This document shows positions 40,980 to 49,108 of a stretch of 64,000 nt of DNA, one piece after another (position 1 is the stretch's first letter; the number at the start of each line of letters is the position of its first letter). The translations under genes were made by a program, and so were the position numbers. The notes under the pieces are model-generated. The model was not told the origin of the DNA. It worked only from the letters and a program-made list of their open reading frames with translations, and did no database searches. Origin of the DNA: a virus (Duplodnaviria; Caudoviricetes); IMG/VR virus record IMGVR_UViG_3300023179_000027, positions 1 to 64,000 of that record; one strand, given 5' to 3'.

Positions 40980-41055
40980 GCCTCTTAAGCTAATCTAGTG
41001 AAAGCGCTGGTCTGAAGAACCAGATAGTCAGGAGCGTAACCTGGAGGAGGCCCCA
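40980..41055 (+). tRNA. trnF: tRNA-Phe(GAA), atypical D- and T-loops
   Basis: ctggt-ctGAAga-accag; T-loop AGCGTAA; CCA. Confidence 0.85.
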
Positions 41056-41056
41056 T

Positions 41057-41329
41057 TTAATTTTCATCTTTGACTTTACCCCAACCTGATTTGGCACGTA
41101 TAGCAAATGCAAGTTCACGCATACGACCGTATTCAGGACTACCTTTTTTATGAGGGCCACTTGATTTTAGTTGGTTATAGCTTTTTAGTAATTCTTGTTT
41201 AGATTTACCCTTGTACTTACCTTTTTCTTCAGGACTTACTACAGTAGGCTTGCCCCATTTCTCATTGATTTGTGTAACAGCTTCATTTATTATGTTTAAA
41301 TATCTACGTAGTAGATCTGGGTTATGCAT
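41057..41329 (-). CDS. small basic protein, possible capsid-internal protein
   Basis: AGGAG RBS and TAAATA upstream; N-terminal IINE/QINE resemble T4-type prohead protease sites (inference). Confidence 0.6.
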   Translation of the reverse strand: MHNPDLLRRYLNIINEAVTQINEKWGKPTVVSPEEKGKYKGKSKQELLKSYNQLKSSGPHKKGSPEYGRMRELAFAIRAKSGWGKVKDEN

Positions 41330-41385
41330 AATTACTCCTTTGTAAATATGTATATGTATTTAATAATAAAAAGGTGTACTTAAGT

Positions 41386-41817
41386 ATGAAACTTGACAAA
41401 ACATTGCTGAAAAATGTTTGTGTTATCGCTAATTTTGATAAACCAAAAAAGAATTTACAATTGGTACAAGAATTGTTTAGGTTGATGAATAAAGAACAAG
41501 GTATAGGATTAGCAGCGAACCAAGCAGGAGTTAATTTGCGTGTTTTTGTTATGTTAGTAAATGATAAACCTTACCATTGTTTTAATCCTAAAATATTAGA
41601 ATATGGTAACGAAAAAGTATCATTCAATGAAGGATGTTTAAGTTTCCCAAATGAACGTTGTGAAATTATTAGACCAGATAGAATACAAGTTAAATATCAT
41701 AGTGCATATGGTGTTGAAACTATTGAGTGGTTAGATGGGCTAGCCAGTCGTTGTTTTCAGCATGAGTTAGACCATTTAAATGGATTAACGATGCATGACA
41801 GAATTACGCCCCGGTGA
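41386..41817 (+). CDS. def: peptide deformylase
   Basis: GIGLAANQAG, EGCLS, QHELDHLNG; short C-terminus. Confidence 0.95.
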   Translation: MKLDKTLLKNVCVIANFDKPKKNLQLVQELFRLMNKEQGIGLAANQAGVNLRVFVMLVNDKPYHCFNPKILEYGNEKVSFNEGCLSFPNERCEIIRPDRIQVKYHSAYGVETIEWLDGLASRCFQHELDHLNGLTMHDRITPR

Positions 41818-41884
41818 CGGAATTGGCATACGTGCATGACTTAGGATCATGATTTTAGGAGTTCGACTCTCCTCTGGGGCACCA
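41808..41884 (+). tRNA. trnL: tRNA-Leu(TAG), short variable arm
   Basis: catga-ctTAGga-tcatg; 77 nt; CCA; overlaps def stop. Confidence 0.9.
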
Positions 41885-41900
41885 AATAACAGGATTTTGA

Positions 41901-42533
41901 ATGGCAAATGGAATTTATAAAATAACTGAAGAATTTGAGAAAGCTATTTCAGATTATACTGGTGCACCTTATGCTATTACAGTTGATAATCAAAGTAACG
42001 CATTATTTTTGGCATTAATGTACATTGGTGTAAAAGATCAAACAATTACTATTCCAAGCAGAACTTATCCTAGTGTTCCTTGCGAAATCATTCATGCAGG
42101 GGCTAAAGTAAAATTTAGTCCTGTAGAAGGAAAAACTATTAAAGGTGCATATCGTTTAGAACCTACACCAGTTTGGGACAGTGCTTTACGCTTTACTTGT
42201 GACATGTATATACCTAAACAGTATATGTGTTTAAGTTTTACTGGCCCATACAAACACTTTAAGTTAAGTAAAGGTGGTTGTATACTAACTGATAATTATG
42301 AGGCAATGTTATGGTTTAAACGTGCTAGATTTAGTGGTCGTCGTGAGTGTAGTTATCATGAGGATCATTTTGACATGTTAGGTTGGAATTTTTACATGAT
42401 GCCTGAATTAGCAGCACGTGGGTTATTATTGATGAATCAGTTTTATAATTCTAGTGATGGCAGCAAAAAACATAATGAAGATATAGAACATGCTTATCCT
42501 GATTTAAGCAAGTTTGAGGTTTACAAAAAATGA
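41901..42533 (+). CDS. DegT/DnrJ/EryC1/StrS-family PLP aminotransferase (short form)
   Basis: YAITVDNQSNAL, WDSA, SFTGPYKHF..KGG, GWNFYM. Confidence 0.8.
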   Translation: MANGIYKITEEFEKAISDYTGAPYAITVDNQSNALFLALMYIGVKDQTITIPSRTYPSVPCEIIHAGAKVKFSPVEGKTIKGAYRLEPTPVWDSALRFTCDMYIPKQYMCLSFTGPYKHFKLSKGGCILTDNYEAMLWFKRARFSGRRECSYHEDHFDMLGWNFYMMPELAARGLLLMNQFYNSSDGSKKHNEDIEHAYPDLSKFEVYKK

Positions 42534-43129
42534 AGTATATTGTTTTTGGTTCGGGTGGATTTGCAAAAGAGGTTATAGGTTACATAGAAAGTGATAATCA
42601 TGAAATCGTTGCAGTTGTGAGTACACAGCCTTTTAATTGTGAAAGTTATAACAAATATAAAGTTTATGAAAAATTAGACAAAGGTATGTTTCCTGATGCA
42701 AAATTTATAATGGCTGTAGGTGATATTAATATTAAAAAAATATTTGTAGAACAAAATGAAAACCGTTGGGGAAATTTTATTCATAGTTCATGTCATGTTT
42801 CTAATCATGCGAAATTAGGTAACGGAATCGTAATGTGTCCTTTTAGTTCTATATTAGGAGATGCCATAGTAGGAGATTTTGTAACATTTAATGTATATTC
42901 ATGCGTTGCACACGATAATAAAATAGGTGATTACGTTACTTTTAGTCCACATTGTGGTACAATGGGTAATTGTGAAATAGGCAATGAATGTTTTTTTGGT
43001 ACTGCTGCCTATTGCATACCAAAAGTAAAATTAGCAGATAAAATTAAAGTTAGTGCTGGATCAATGGTAAGACATTCATATTCAAGCGAATGTACACTTT
43101 TAGGTAATCCCGCTAAACCTCGTACTTAA
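42530..43129 (+). CDS. sugar O/N-acetyltransferase, NeuD/PglD family
   Basis: FGSGGFAKEV, hexapeptide repeats, VAHD, GNPAKP. Confidence 0.9.
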   Translation: MKYIVFGSGGFAKEVIGYIESDNHEIVAVVSTQPFNCESYNKYKVYEKLDKGMFPDAKFIMAVGDINIKKIFVEQNENRWGNFIHSSCHVSNHAKLGNGIVMCPFSSILGDAIVGDFVTFNVYSCVAHDNKIGDYVTFSPHCGTMGNCEIGNECFFGTAAYCIPKVKLADKIKVSAGSMVRHSYSSECTLLGNPAKPRT

Positions 43130-43130
43130 T

Positions 43131-44480
43131 ATGATTATTCCTAGTTTAGAATCACTTAATATTGTTGAAAATATTGCTATTACGATGAAAGAAAAAACTT
43201 TTCATCATCATTATCATTTACTATTGGATATAGCAAATACTTATCCAAAAGATTATAGACTTACTTATTTAGAAATAGGAGCATATGCGGGAGGATCTGC
43301 TTGTTTAATGATGCATAGACCACATACTGATGTTATTAGTATAGATTTAGGTTGGCCTATAGATCCTGAAATTGTATTAAAAAATGTTTGGCAATTTAAT
43401 AAACATCAAAATTCCTATAGCTATATAAAAGGTGACTCAAAATCTGATGATGTAAAAAATAGAGTTAAAAATGTAAAGGCAGATATTTTGTTTATTGACG
43501 GTGATCATAGTTATATGGGTGTTTGGAACGATTTTTTAAATTACAGGCATCTTGTTAATAATGGTGGCTATATAGTTTTTGATGATTACAATGATCATAT
43601 GCATAGTCCAATGGTAAAATCAGCAGTTGATCATATTTGTAACTTAATTACAGATGATTTTGAAATCATTGGAACATTTAGTAATATATTTAATGCAAAA
43701 GGCGACACAAATGAAGCTAAAGACGGTAATTGTTTTGTAATAAGAAAAAAAGATAAATTACCTGGATTTGATATTCCTATTGCAATCTGTATAGCAACTT
43801 ATTATAAAGAAGATGGATCAACAATAAAATTATTAGAAAAAACGTTAGATAGTGTTTTTAATCAAACTTATAAAAATTTTAAAGTATTTTTGTATGGAGA
43901 TCATTATACTAAAGAAGACCAAGTGGTAGAACTTATTAAAAAATATCCTAGTGATAAAATAATTTTTAAGAATATACCTTATGCTAGAGAACGTCAGCTT
44001 CATAAAGATAAAAAAACTCTTTGGAAGTATGGTGGAGTTAATACGGTTAATAAAGCTATAGATTATGCTATAGACTGTGGGTATTCATATGTTGCACGTT
44101 TAGATCATGACGATTTATGGGAGAACAATCATTTACAAGAAATCGTTAATTGTGTTGAAATTACCGGAGCAGATTTTATTTGTACAAGGGCAAAGCATGT
44201 AACAGGATTTACATTGCCTATTATTTTTGAAACTCTAGAAAAATATGTTAAATTTTATCCAATTTATAACCAAATCGTTCATTCTAGTGTATGTATGAAT
44301 TTTGCAAAGATCCCGTTACGTTATAGAGATTTGTGGCTTGATAATGGTTCCATAGATAGCAAAACATTGCCTGGTGATGGTGATATGTGGGAACGTTGTC
44401 GCAAATACATGATAAGTAATAGTTTACGCAGTGTATGTATTAATAAAGTTACATGCATTCATGACACGGAGACAACTTGA
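43131..44480 (+). CDS. methyltransferase - family 2 glycosyltransferase fusion
   Basis: LEIGAYAGGS, LFIDGDHSY, VFDDY; then IATY..SVFNQTY..LDHDD. Confidence 0.88.
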   Translation: MIIPSLESLNIVENIAITMKEKTFHHHYHLLLDIANTYPKDYRLTYLEIGAYAGGSACLMMHRPHTDVISIDLGWPIDPEIVLKNVWQFNKHQNSYSYIKGDSKSDDVKNRVKNVKADILFIDGDHSYMGVWNDFLNYRHLVNNGGYIVFDDYNDHMHSPMVKSAVDHICNLITDDFEIIGTFSNIFNAKGDTNEAKDGNCFVIRKKDKLPGFDIPIAICIATYYKEDGSTIKLLEKTLDSVFNQTYKNFKVFLYGDHYTKEDQVVELIKKYPSDKIIFKNIPYARERQLHKDKKTLWKYGGVNTVNKAIDYAIDCGYSYVARLDHDDLWENNHLQEIVNCVEITGADFICTRAKHVTGFTLPIIFETLEKYVKFYPIYNQIVHSSVCMNFAKIPLRYRDLWLDNGSIDSKTLPGDGDMWERCRKYMISNSLRSVCINKVTCIHDTETT

Positions 44481-45259
44481 ATAAAATACCTGTGATCGGT
44501 ACAGCTATTGTTAATACTGTAAGTTGGTTAGAAAAACTTATTGCCAGTGTAAATTATCCAACTGAAAATTTTGTTATTATTAATAATAATGGGCGTGGAC
44601 AATTAACCGATGATATTAATTCATTGTGTAATAAACCACATCCTTATATACAAAACTTTCATCCTGTACATTTGCCACGTAATATTGGATGTTCTGGAGC
44701 TTGGAATTTAATTATTAAGTTGTTTATGAATAGTCCATATTGGATTATAACAAATCACGATGTTGAATTTACTGAAGGTTTTTTAGATAAAATGGTAAGT
44801 TTAGCGAGTGACCCAATCTATGGTATGGTGCATGGACATGGTGGGCCTACAAGTTTTATGGGTGGCTATAGTTTATTTTTAATACGTGATTGGGTTGTGC
44901 GAGATTTTGGTTTATTTGATGAGAACTTTTATCCTGGTTATGCAGAAGATACTGATTATGAAATGCGTTTTTTGATAAAGCCTATTAAACGTCATTTATC
45001 AGTAGGAATACCATATAAGCATGGTGGCACTTTTGAGTATGGGATAAGCGGGTCACAAACATGGCGCCAAGATATGACATTAAAAGACAAAATTGATCAT
45101 GGTCGTTATATAAATGAGTTAGAGTATATGACTAAAAAATGGGGACCAAATTGGAGAAATTGTCAACCATGGGAGTTCCCATTTAATATACAAGGCAATC
45201 CTATTAGTGCTACCAGTTATGATTTAAGTTTTGTTCGACGAAAAAATTTAGGATTCTAA
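44477..45259 (+). CDS. family 2 glycosyltransferase-like protein
   Basis: NIGCSGAWN, NHDV, GLFDENFYPGYAEDTDY. Confidence 0.82.
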   Translation: MNKIPVIGTAIVNTVSWLEKLIASVNYPTENFVIINNNGRGQLTDDINSLCNKPHPYIQNFHPVHLPRNIGCSGAWNLIIKLFMNSPYWIITNHDVEFTEGFLDKMVSLASDPIYGMVHGHGGPTSFMGGYSLFLIRDWVVRDFGLFDENFYPGYAEDTDYEMRFLIKPIKRHLSVGIPYKHGGTFEYGISGSQTWRQDMTLKDKIDHGRYINELEYMTKKWGPNWRNCQPWEFPFNIQGNPISATSYDLSFVRRKNLGF

Positions 45260-45263
45260 ATAC

Positions 45264-45289
45264 AAAGGTTAGTTTACTAACCTTTTTTT
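45264..45289 (+). terminator. intrinsic terminator
   Basis: aaaggttag-ttta-ctaaccttt plus T-tract. Confidence 0.75.
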
Positions 45290-45317
45290 ATTGCTGGAAA
45301 ATCAAAAAGGAGATATT

Positions 45318-45485
45318 ATGAAGCAATTAGTATTTGAAAACATTATTAATGGTGAAAAGTATGTATGTCCAGCAAAATCTGAGACAAGAACCATTGATGG
45401 GATAGATTACATTAGAGTTTTTAAAATGGGCACTAATCGAGAAGTCCTTATAAGAAAGGACACATTACGTAAGGTAAAACAATAG
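45318..45485 (+). CDS. small hypothetical protein
   Basis: AAGGAG RBS before ATG 45318. Confidence 0.7.
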   Translation: MKQLVFENIINGEKYVCPAKSETRTIDGIDYIRVFKMGTNREVLIRKDTLRKVKQ

Positions 45486-45494
45486 GAGGTTAAA

Positions 45495-46055
45495 ATGTCA
45501 GTACTAGCCCTTGACGTTACAGGAATTCCAAGACAGTGGATCAGCTATGATAATGCTATAACATATCATGCTAAAAAAGCAGTTTCTTGGACAATGGGTG
45601 ACATTGTGGCTAGATACCGCGGTGGTCATCAGAAAACTGGTGAACTTAGTTACATTGAAACTACTAGCATTATAGCTATAAAAGGCCATGGATTCGATCC
45701 ATATAAACATGGTAGAGTATCATTAAGCAATCGTACCTTGTTTGGACGAGATCGAAACACTTGTGCTTATTGTGGAAAGCATTTCGCTAATCATAATCAA
45801 TTAAGCCGTGATCACATTGTCCCAAAAAGTAAAGGTGGCAAAAACGAATGGATGAATGTAGTTACTGCATGTAAAAAATGTAATAGCGAAAAAGGTAATC
45901 ATACTTTGAAAGAAGCTAGAATGGAAATATTGTATGTGCCATATGTTCCAAATCATTTTGAAAACATGATATTGCAAAATCGCAATATCCTAACAGACCA
46001 AATGAATTATTTATTAGCTGGAATACCTAAACATAGTAGGTTAATTTTGTCTTAA
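45495..46055 (+). CDS. HNH endonuclease (McrA-like)
   Basis: RDRNTCAYCG, DHIVPKSKGG, WMNVVTACKKCN..KG. Confidence 0.92.
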   Translation: MSVLALDVTGIPRQWISYDNAITYHAKKAVSWTMGDIVARYRGGHQKTGELSYIETTSIIAIKGHGFDPYKHGRVSLSNRTLFGRDRNTCAYCGKHFANHNQLSRDHIVPKSKGGKNEWMNVVTACKKCNSEKGNHTLKEARMEILYVPYVPNHFENMILQNRNILTDQMNYLLAGIPKHSRLILS

Positions 46056-46083
46056 AAATATATACAAACTTCTGACAAAAAAC

Positions 46084-46112
46084 TTGACAAAAAACCTGTC
46101 TTAGTGTATTAT
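46084..46112 (+). promoter_or_regulatory. sigma70-type promoter for tRNA block
   Basis: TTGACA-17-TATTAT with TG extension. Confidence 0.8.
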
Positions 46113-46128
46113 CTGTAAATAGATTAAC

Positions 46129-46204
46129 GCTGCATTAGCTCATTCGGTAGAGCAACTGCCTTGTAAGCAGTAGGTGCCCAGTTCGAATCCGGGATGCAGC
46201 ACCA
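46129..46204 (+). tRNA. trnT: tRNA-Thr(TGT)
   Basis: actgc-ctTGTaa-gcagt, CCA. Confidence 0.95.
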
Positions 46205-46210
46205 AGCTAT

Positions 46211-46286
46211 TCACCGATAGCTCAGTTGGTAGAGCGCCGGACTGTTAATCCGTCGGTCCCTGGTTCGAGCCCAGGTCGGTGAGCCA
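46211..46286 (+). tRNA. trnN: tRNA-Asn(GTT)
   Basis: cgga-ctGTTaa-tccg, CCA. Confidence 0.95.
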
Positions 46287-46297
46287 AGGTTCGTATT

Positions 46298-46374
46298 CTG
46301 ACCGTAGCTCAGTAGGATAGAGCAATGGATTTCTAATCCATTGGTCGGGGGTTCGAATCCCTCCGGTCAGGCCA
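46298..46374 (+). tRNA. trnR: tRNA-Arg(TCT)
   Basis: atgga-ttTCTaa-tccat, CCA. Confidence 0.95.
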
Positions 46375-46388
46375 TTATTATATACTAT

Positions 46389-47036
46389 ATGTTTACAATT
46401 TACAATTTATTTTATACCCCAGTCATAAAAGTTAAAGTTAATCCAACTTCTTTTGATAAAAAGACTATTCTTAATACAGTAATTAAAAATTACAGGAAAC
46501 AACCATTTCGTAATAAGCATGATACTCAAAGTAAATTACACCATTATTATAATGATTGGGATAATGAAAAATTTGATAAGGTAGATTTAAGTAGTTTGGT
46601 TAATGTTTATGATGAGATTTTTAAAAATTTAGTTTCAAACATTCCTAACAAAGCACCTATCTCTTATCAATTTGAAATTGAAAACATTACAGTTATGAAG
46701 AATAAGAGCAATGATTTTAAAAAACATAATCATTTAAATGGAAATATATATTTTGCTTGTGTACACTATATTAGTGTTGGAAAAAATAGTGCGCCATTAA
46801 GACTCCATAATCCTTTACCTTTATATGATTATCTTCCTAAGGAGTTAAATACATTAAGGGATAGCAAATTCGATATTAAAAACCCATTTCATAGCTTAGT
46901 TTGTAGTCATTATGATATAATTGTAGAAGAAGATGATATGATAATTATACCTAGTTTTCTTTTACATAGTGTTTCACAAGAAGAAAACGATACCAAACAT
47001 AGAGTTGCTATTGCTACAAATTTAAGTTTAATGTAA
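46389..47036 (+). CDS. putative 2OG-Fe(II) oxygenase
   Basis: HNH..FACVHY...EDDMIIIPSFLLHSV..RVAIATN; ATG 46389 (track start lies inside a tRNA). Confidence 0.75.
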   Translation: MFTIYNLFYTPVIKVKVNPTSFDKKTILNTVIKNYRKQPFRNKHDTQSKLHHYYNDWDNEKFDKVDLSSLVNVYDEIFKNLVSNIPNKAPISYQFEIENITVMKNKSNDFKKHNHLNGNIYFACVHYISVGKNSAPLRLHNPLPLYDYLPKELNTLRDSKFDIKNPFHSLVCSHYDIIVEEDDMIIIPSFLLHSVSQEENDTKHRVAIATNLSLM

Positions 47037-47045
47037 TTAATATTT

Positions 47046-47123
47046 CTCGGATTAGTTCAGTTTGGTTAGAATGCCTGCTTTGGGAGCAGGAGGTCGTGAG
47101 TTCGAATCCCACATCCGAGACCA
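47046..47123 (+). tRNA. trnP: tRNA-Pro(TGG)
   Basis: cctgc-ttTGGga-gcagg, CCA. Confidence 0.95.
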
Positions 47124-47130
47124 AATATTT

Positions 47131-47206
47131 GGACGTTTAGCTCAGTTGGTAGAGCGGTGCCCTTACAAGGCATAGGTCGGCAGTTCGAACCTGTCATCGT
47201 CCACCA
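47131..47206 (+). tRNA. trnV: tRNA-Val(TAC)
   Basis: gtgcc-ctTACaa-ggcat, CCA. Confidence 0.95.
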
Positions 47207-47211
47207 AATTT

Positions 47212-47784
47212 ATGCAGAAAATATCAGACCTTATAACAGTTGTTGACAATTTTGTAGACAAGAGTTTTTGTAAAAAAACCTACAATTTTTTATTAGGTAA
47301 GACAAATTGTCCTTATTATAATGATAACAATATGCCATGGTTCATTGGAAACAATGTTTTTTATTATAATATTGATAACAAAGCTCTTAATAAAAAAGTA
47401 ATTGAAATAAACTACAGTGTAGCAGAGTTGTTAACAACTATCCACAAGGTACAAGTTTATCCACATTTTTGTGATTTAGTACTATGGCGTGAAGGGCAAA
47501 GCATGGAGAGACATGTAGATGATGGCTCCAACTCTAATAATAGAGAAGATTTAAATATGCGTAAATATTCTGCAATTTTATATCTTAATGATGATTATAT
47601 TGGGGGTAAAACTTTTATCAAAGTTACAAATGAAACTGATTACTTTTCTGTTCCAAAGACAGGAACATTGGTTATGTTTACAGGAGACTCTAGGTCTGCT
47701 CATGGAGTAACTAAAATAGAAAAGGGTAACAGGGGAACTATTGCAATGTGGTTTTGCACTGATAAGCAGTTTTGCCAAATGTAG
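47212..47784 (+). CDS. prolyl 4-hydroxylase-like 2OG-Fe(II) oxygenase
   Basis: HVD, SAILYLNDDYIGG, HGVTKIEKGNR. Confidence 0.9.
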   Translation: MQKISDLITVVDNFVDKSFCKKTYNFLLGKTNCPYYNDNNMPWFIGNNVFYYNIDNKALNKKVIEINYSVAELLTTIHKVQVYPHFCDLVLWREGQSMERHVDDGSNSNNREDLNMRKYSAILYLNDDYIGGKTFIKVTNETDYFSVPKTGTLVMFTGDSRSAHGVTKIEKGNRGTIAMWFCTDKQFCQM

Positions 47785-47794
47785 CAATTAAAAT

Positions 47795-47823
47795 TTGACA
47801 ATAAATTGTAGTTCGTATATAAT
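47795..47823 (+). promoter_or_regulatory. sigma70-type promoter
   Basis: TTGACA-17-TATAAT perfect consensus. Confidence 0.9.
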
Positions 47824-47872
47824 GCTTGTATTCTGTAGTAAACGATCTTTAAAAGTTGAAGTACAAAGTTTT

Positions 47873-47958
47873 GCCCGTATGGTGAAATCGGTAGACACAA
47901 GGGACTTAAAATCCCTCGCTTAACAGGCGTGCTGGTTCGAGTCCGGCTACGGGCACCA
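47873..47958 (+). tRNA. trnL: tRNA-Leu(TAA)
   Basis: aggga-ctTAAaa-tccct, long variable arm, CCA. Confidence 0.95.
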
Positions 47959-47964
47959 TTTTTG

Positions 47965-48232
47965 AAGTATCCCCGGCCCTACGCCGGTCAGTAAGTAGGC
48001 GGTTGGACTTACGTTAGTAGTCTAGGTTAGCTCAACGACCTCCCTTCGGGCCTTTCATCCGGTGTGGTAAATGTTGAGATGTGATTGGCCTTCAGACGAA
48101 CAGGCACGGACAGGGTAACAACTCAAGTTGGGGCTTGTGGGAACAAGTAGCCGACACTATATTCAAGCACATTAAGCAGATGTAAGTCGTCCGTTTAGGC
48201 GCAGTTGTAAGTCTTAGTGTGTTTCAATATGA
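47965..48232 (+). ncRNA. unidentified structured RNA(s)
   Basis: About 270 nt, GC-rich, no ORF; pseudoknot-capable hairpin and an 18-position stem. Confidence 0.55.
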
Positions 48233-48253
48233 TGAAAGTATAAGTTAAATATT

Positions 48254-48715
48254 ATGAAAAAATTGAATATTCCTGTAACAATGTTAGGTCCTGCGAGGCA
48301 GTGTGGTACTTGTACTGCATGTTGTGAAGGTTGGTTAGAAGGTGAAGCATACGGGTATAACTTTTTTTCAGGAAAAATGTGTCACTATAAAGGCGAAAAC
48401 AATTGTACTATTTATAAAAATCGCCCTGAAGAACCTTGTAAAACTTATAAGTGCGAATGGTTAGTAAACCATAGTATACCAGAATGGATGAAGCCTAGCT
48501 TATCAAAGGTTATCATAACTAAACGTCTAAAAAAAGGTATAACTTATCTTGAAGTTATAGAAGCAGGGCAAAAAATAGATAGCACTGTATTAAATTGGCT
48601 TTTCGTAGAGCATTTAAAGGGTACTATTCCTAATCTTGCATACAAAGTAAACAATGGTCAAAATTATTTAGGAAGTCAAGATTTCATAGAGATGGTACAG
48701 CAGGTTGACAATTAA
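48254..48715 (+). CDS. Cys-rich YkgJ-like (CxxCxxCC) metal-binding protein
   Basis: CGTCTACC, CTIYKNRPEEPCKTYKCEW. Confidence 0.75.
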   Translation: MKKLNIPVTMLGPARQCGTCTACCEGWLEGEAYGYNFFSGKMCHYKGENNCTIYKNRPEEPCKTYKCEWLVNHSIPEWMKPSLSKVIITKRLKKGITYLEVIEAGQKIDSTVLNWLFVEHLKGTIPNLAYKVNNGQNYLGSQDFIEMVQQVDN

Positions 48716-48733
48716 TCAGTCATCACATATAAT
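48705..48733 (+). promoter_or_regulatory. sigma70-type promoter for main tRNA block
   Basis: TTGACA-17-TATAAT. Confidence 0.9.
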
Positions 48734-48801
48734 GCTTGTATTGAATGACTTGTACGCAAGTTAACACTTAAATGTTCATTAACAATTGATGTACACATTT
48801 T

Positions 48802-48876
48802 GCACCGTTCGACTATCGGTTAGGTCGTTACCCTTTCAAGGTAAAAAGATGGGTTCGACTCCCATACGGTGTACCA
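48802..48876 (+). tRNA. trnE: tRNA-Glu(TTC)
   Basis: ttacc-ctTTCaa-ggtaa, CCA. Confidence 0.95.
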
Positions 48877-48933
48877 TTTTTATTTATTTTAATGAGTAAA
48901 GTTGCCAGTAAAACATATAAAATAATTATAAAT

Positions 48934-49008
48934 GCGGGTATAGCTCAGAGGAAGAGCAAATGGCTTTTAACCATTAGGTCGTAGGTTCGATCCCTGCTAC
49001 CCGTACCA
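48934..49008 (+). tRNA. trnK: tRNA-Lys(TTT)
   Basis: aatgg-ctTTTaa-ccatt, CCA. Confidence 0.95.
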
Positions 49009-49014
49009 AACAAA

Positions 49015-49102
49015 GGGTGTTGCCCCCGTCGGCGGACTGTAAATCCGTTACTCTAAGAGATGGGAAGTTGAGTTCGTGGAGCGTTACCATCAACACCCAC
49101 CA
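49015..49102 (+). tRNA. trnY: aberrant tRNA-Tyr(GTA)-like RNA lacking a D-arm
   Basis: gggtgttg/caacaccc acceptor, gcgga-ctGTAaa-tccgt, ACCA end. Confidence 0.75.
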
Positions 49103-49108
49103 AACAAT

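Noticed and set aside
47965-48232. tmRNA or RNase P RNA
   Set aside because: No tRNA-Ala-like ends, tag reading frame or recognisable P4 consensus found by eye; left as an unidentified RNA.
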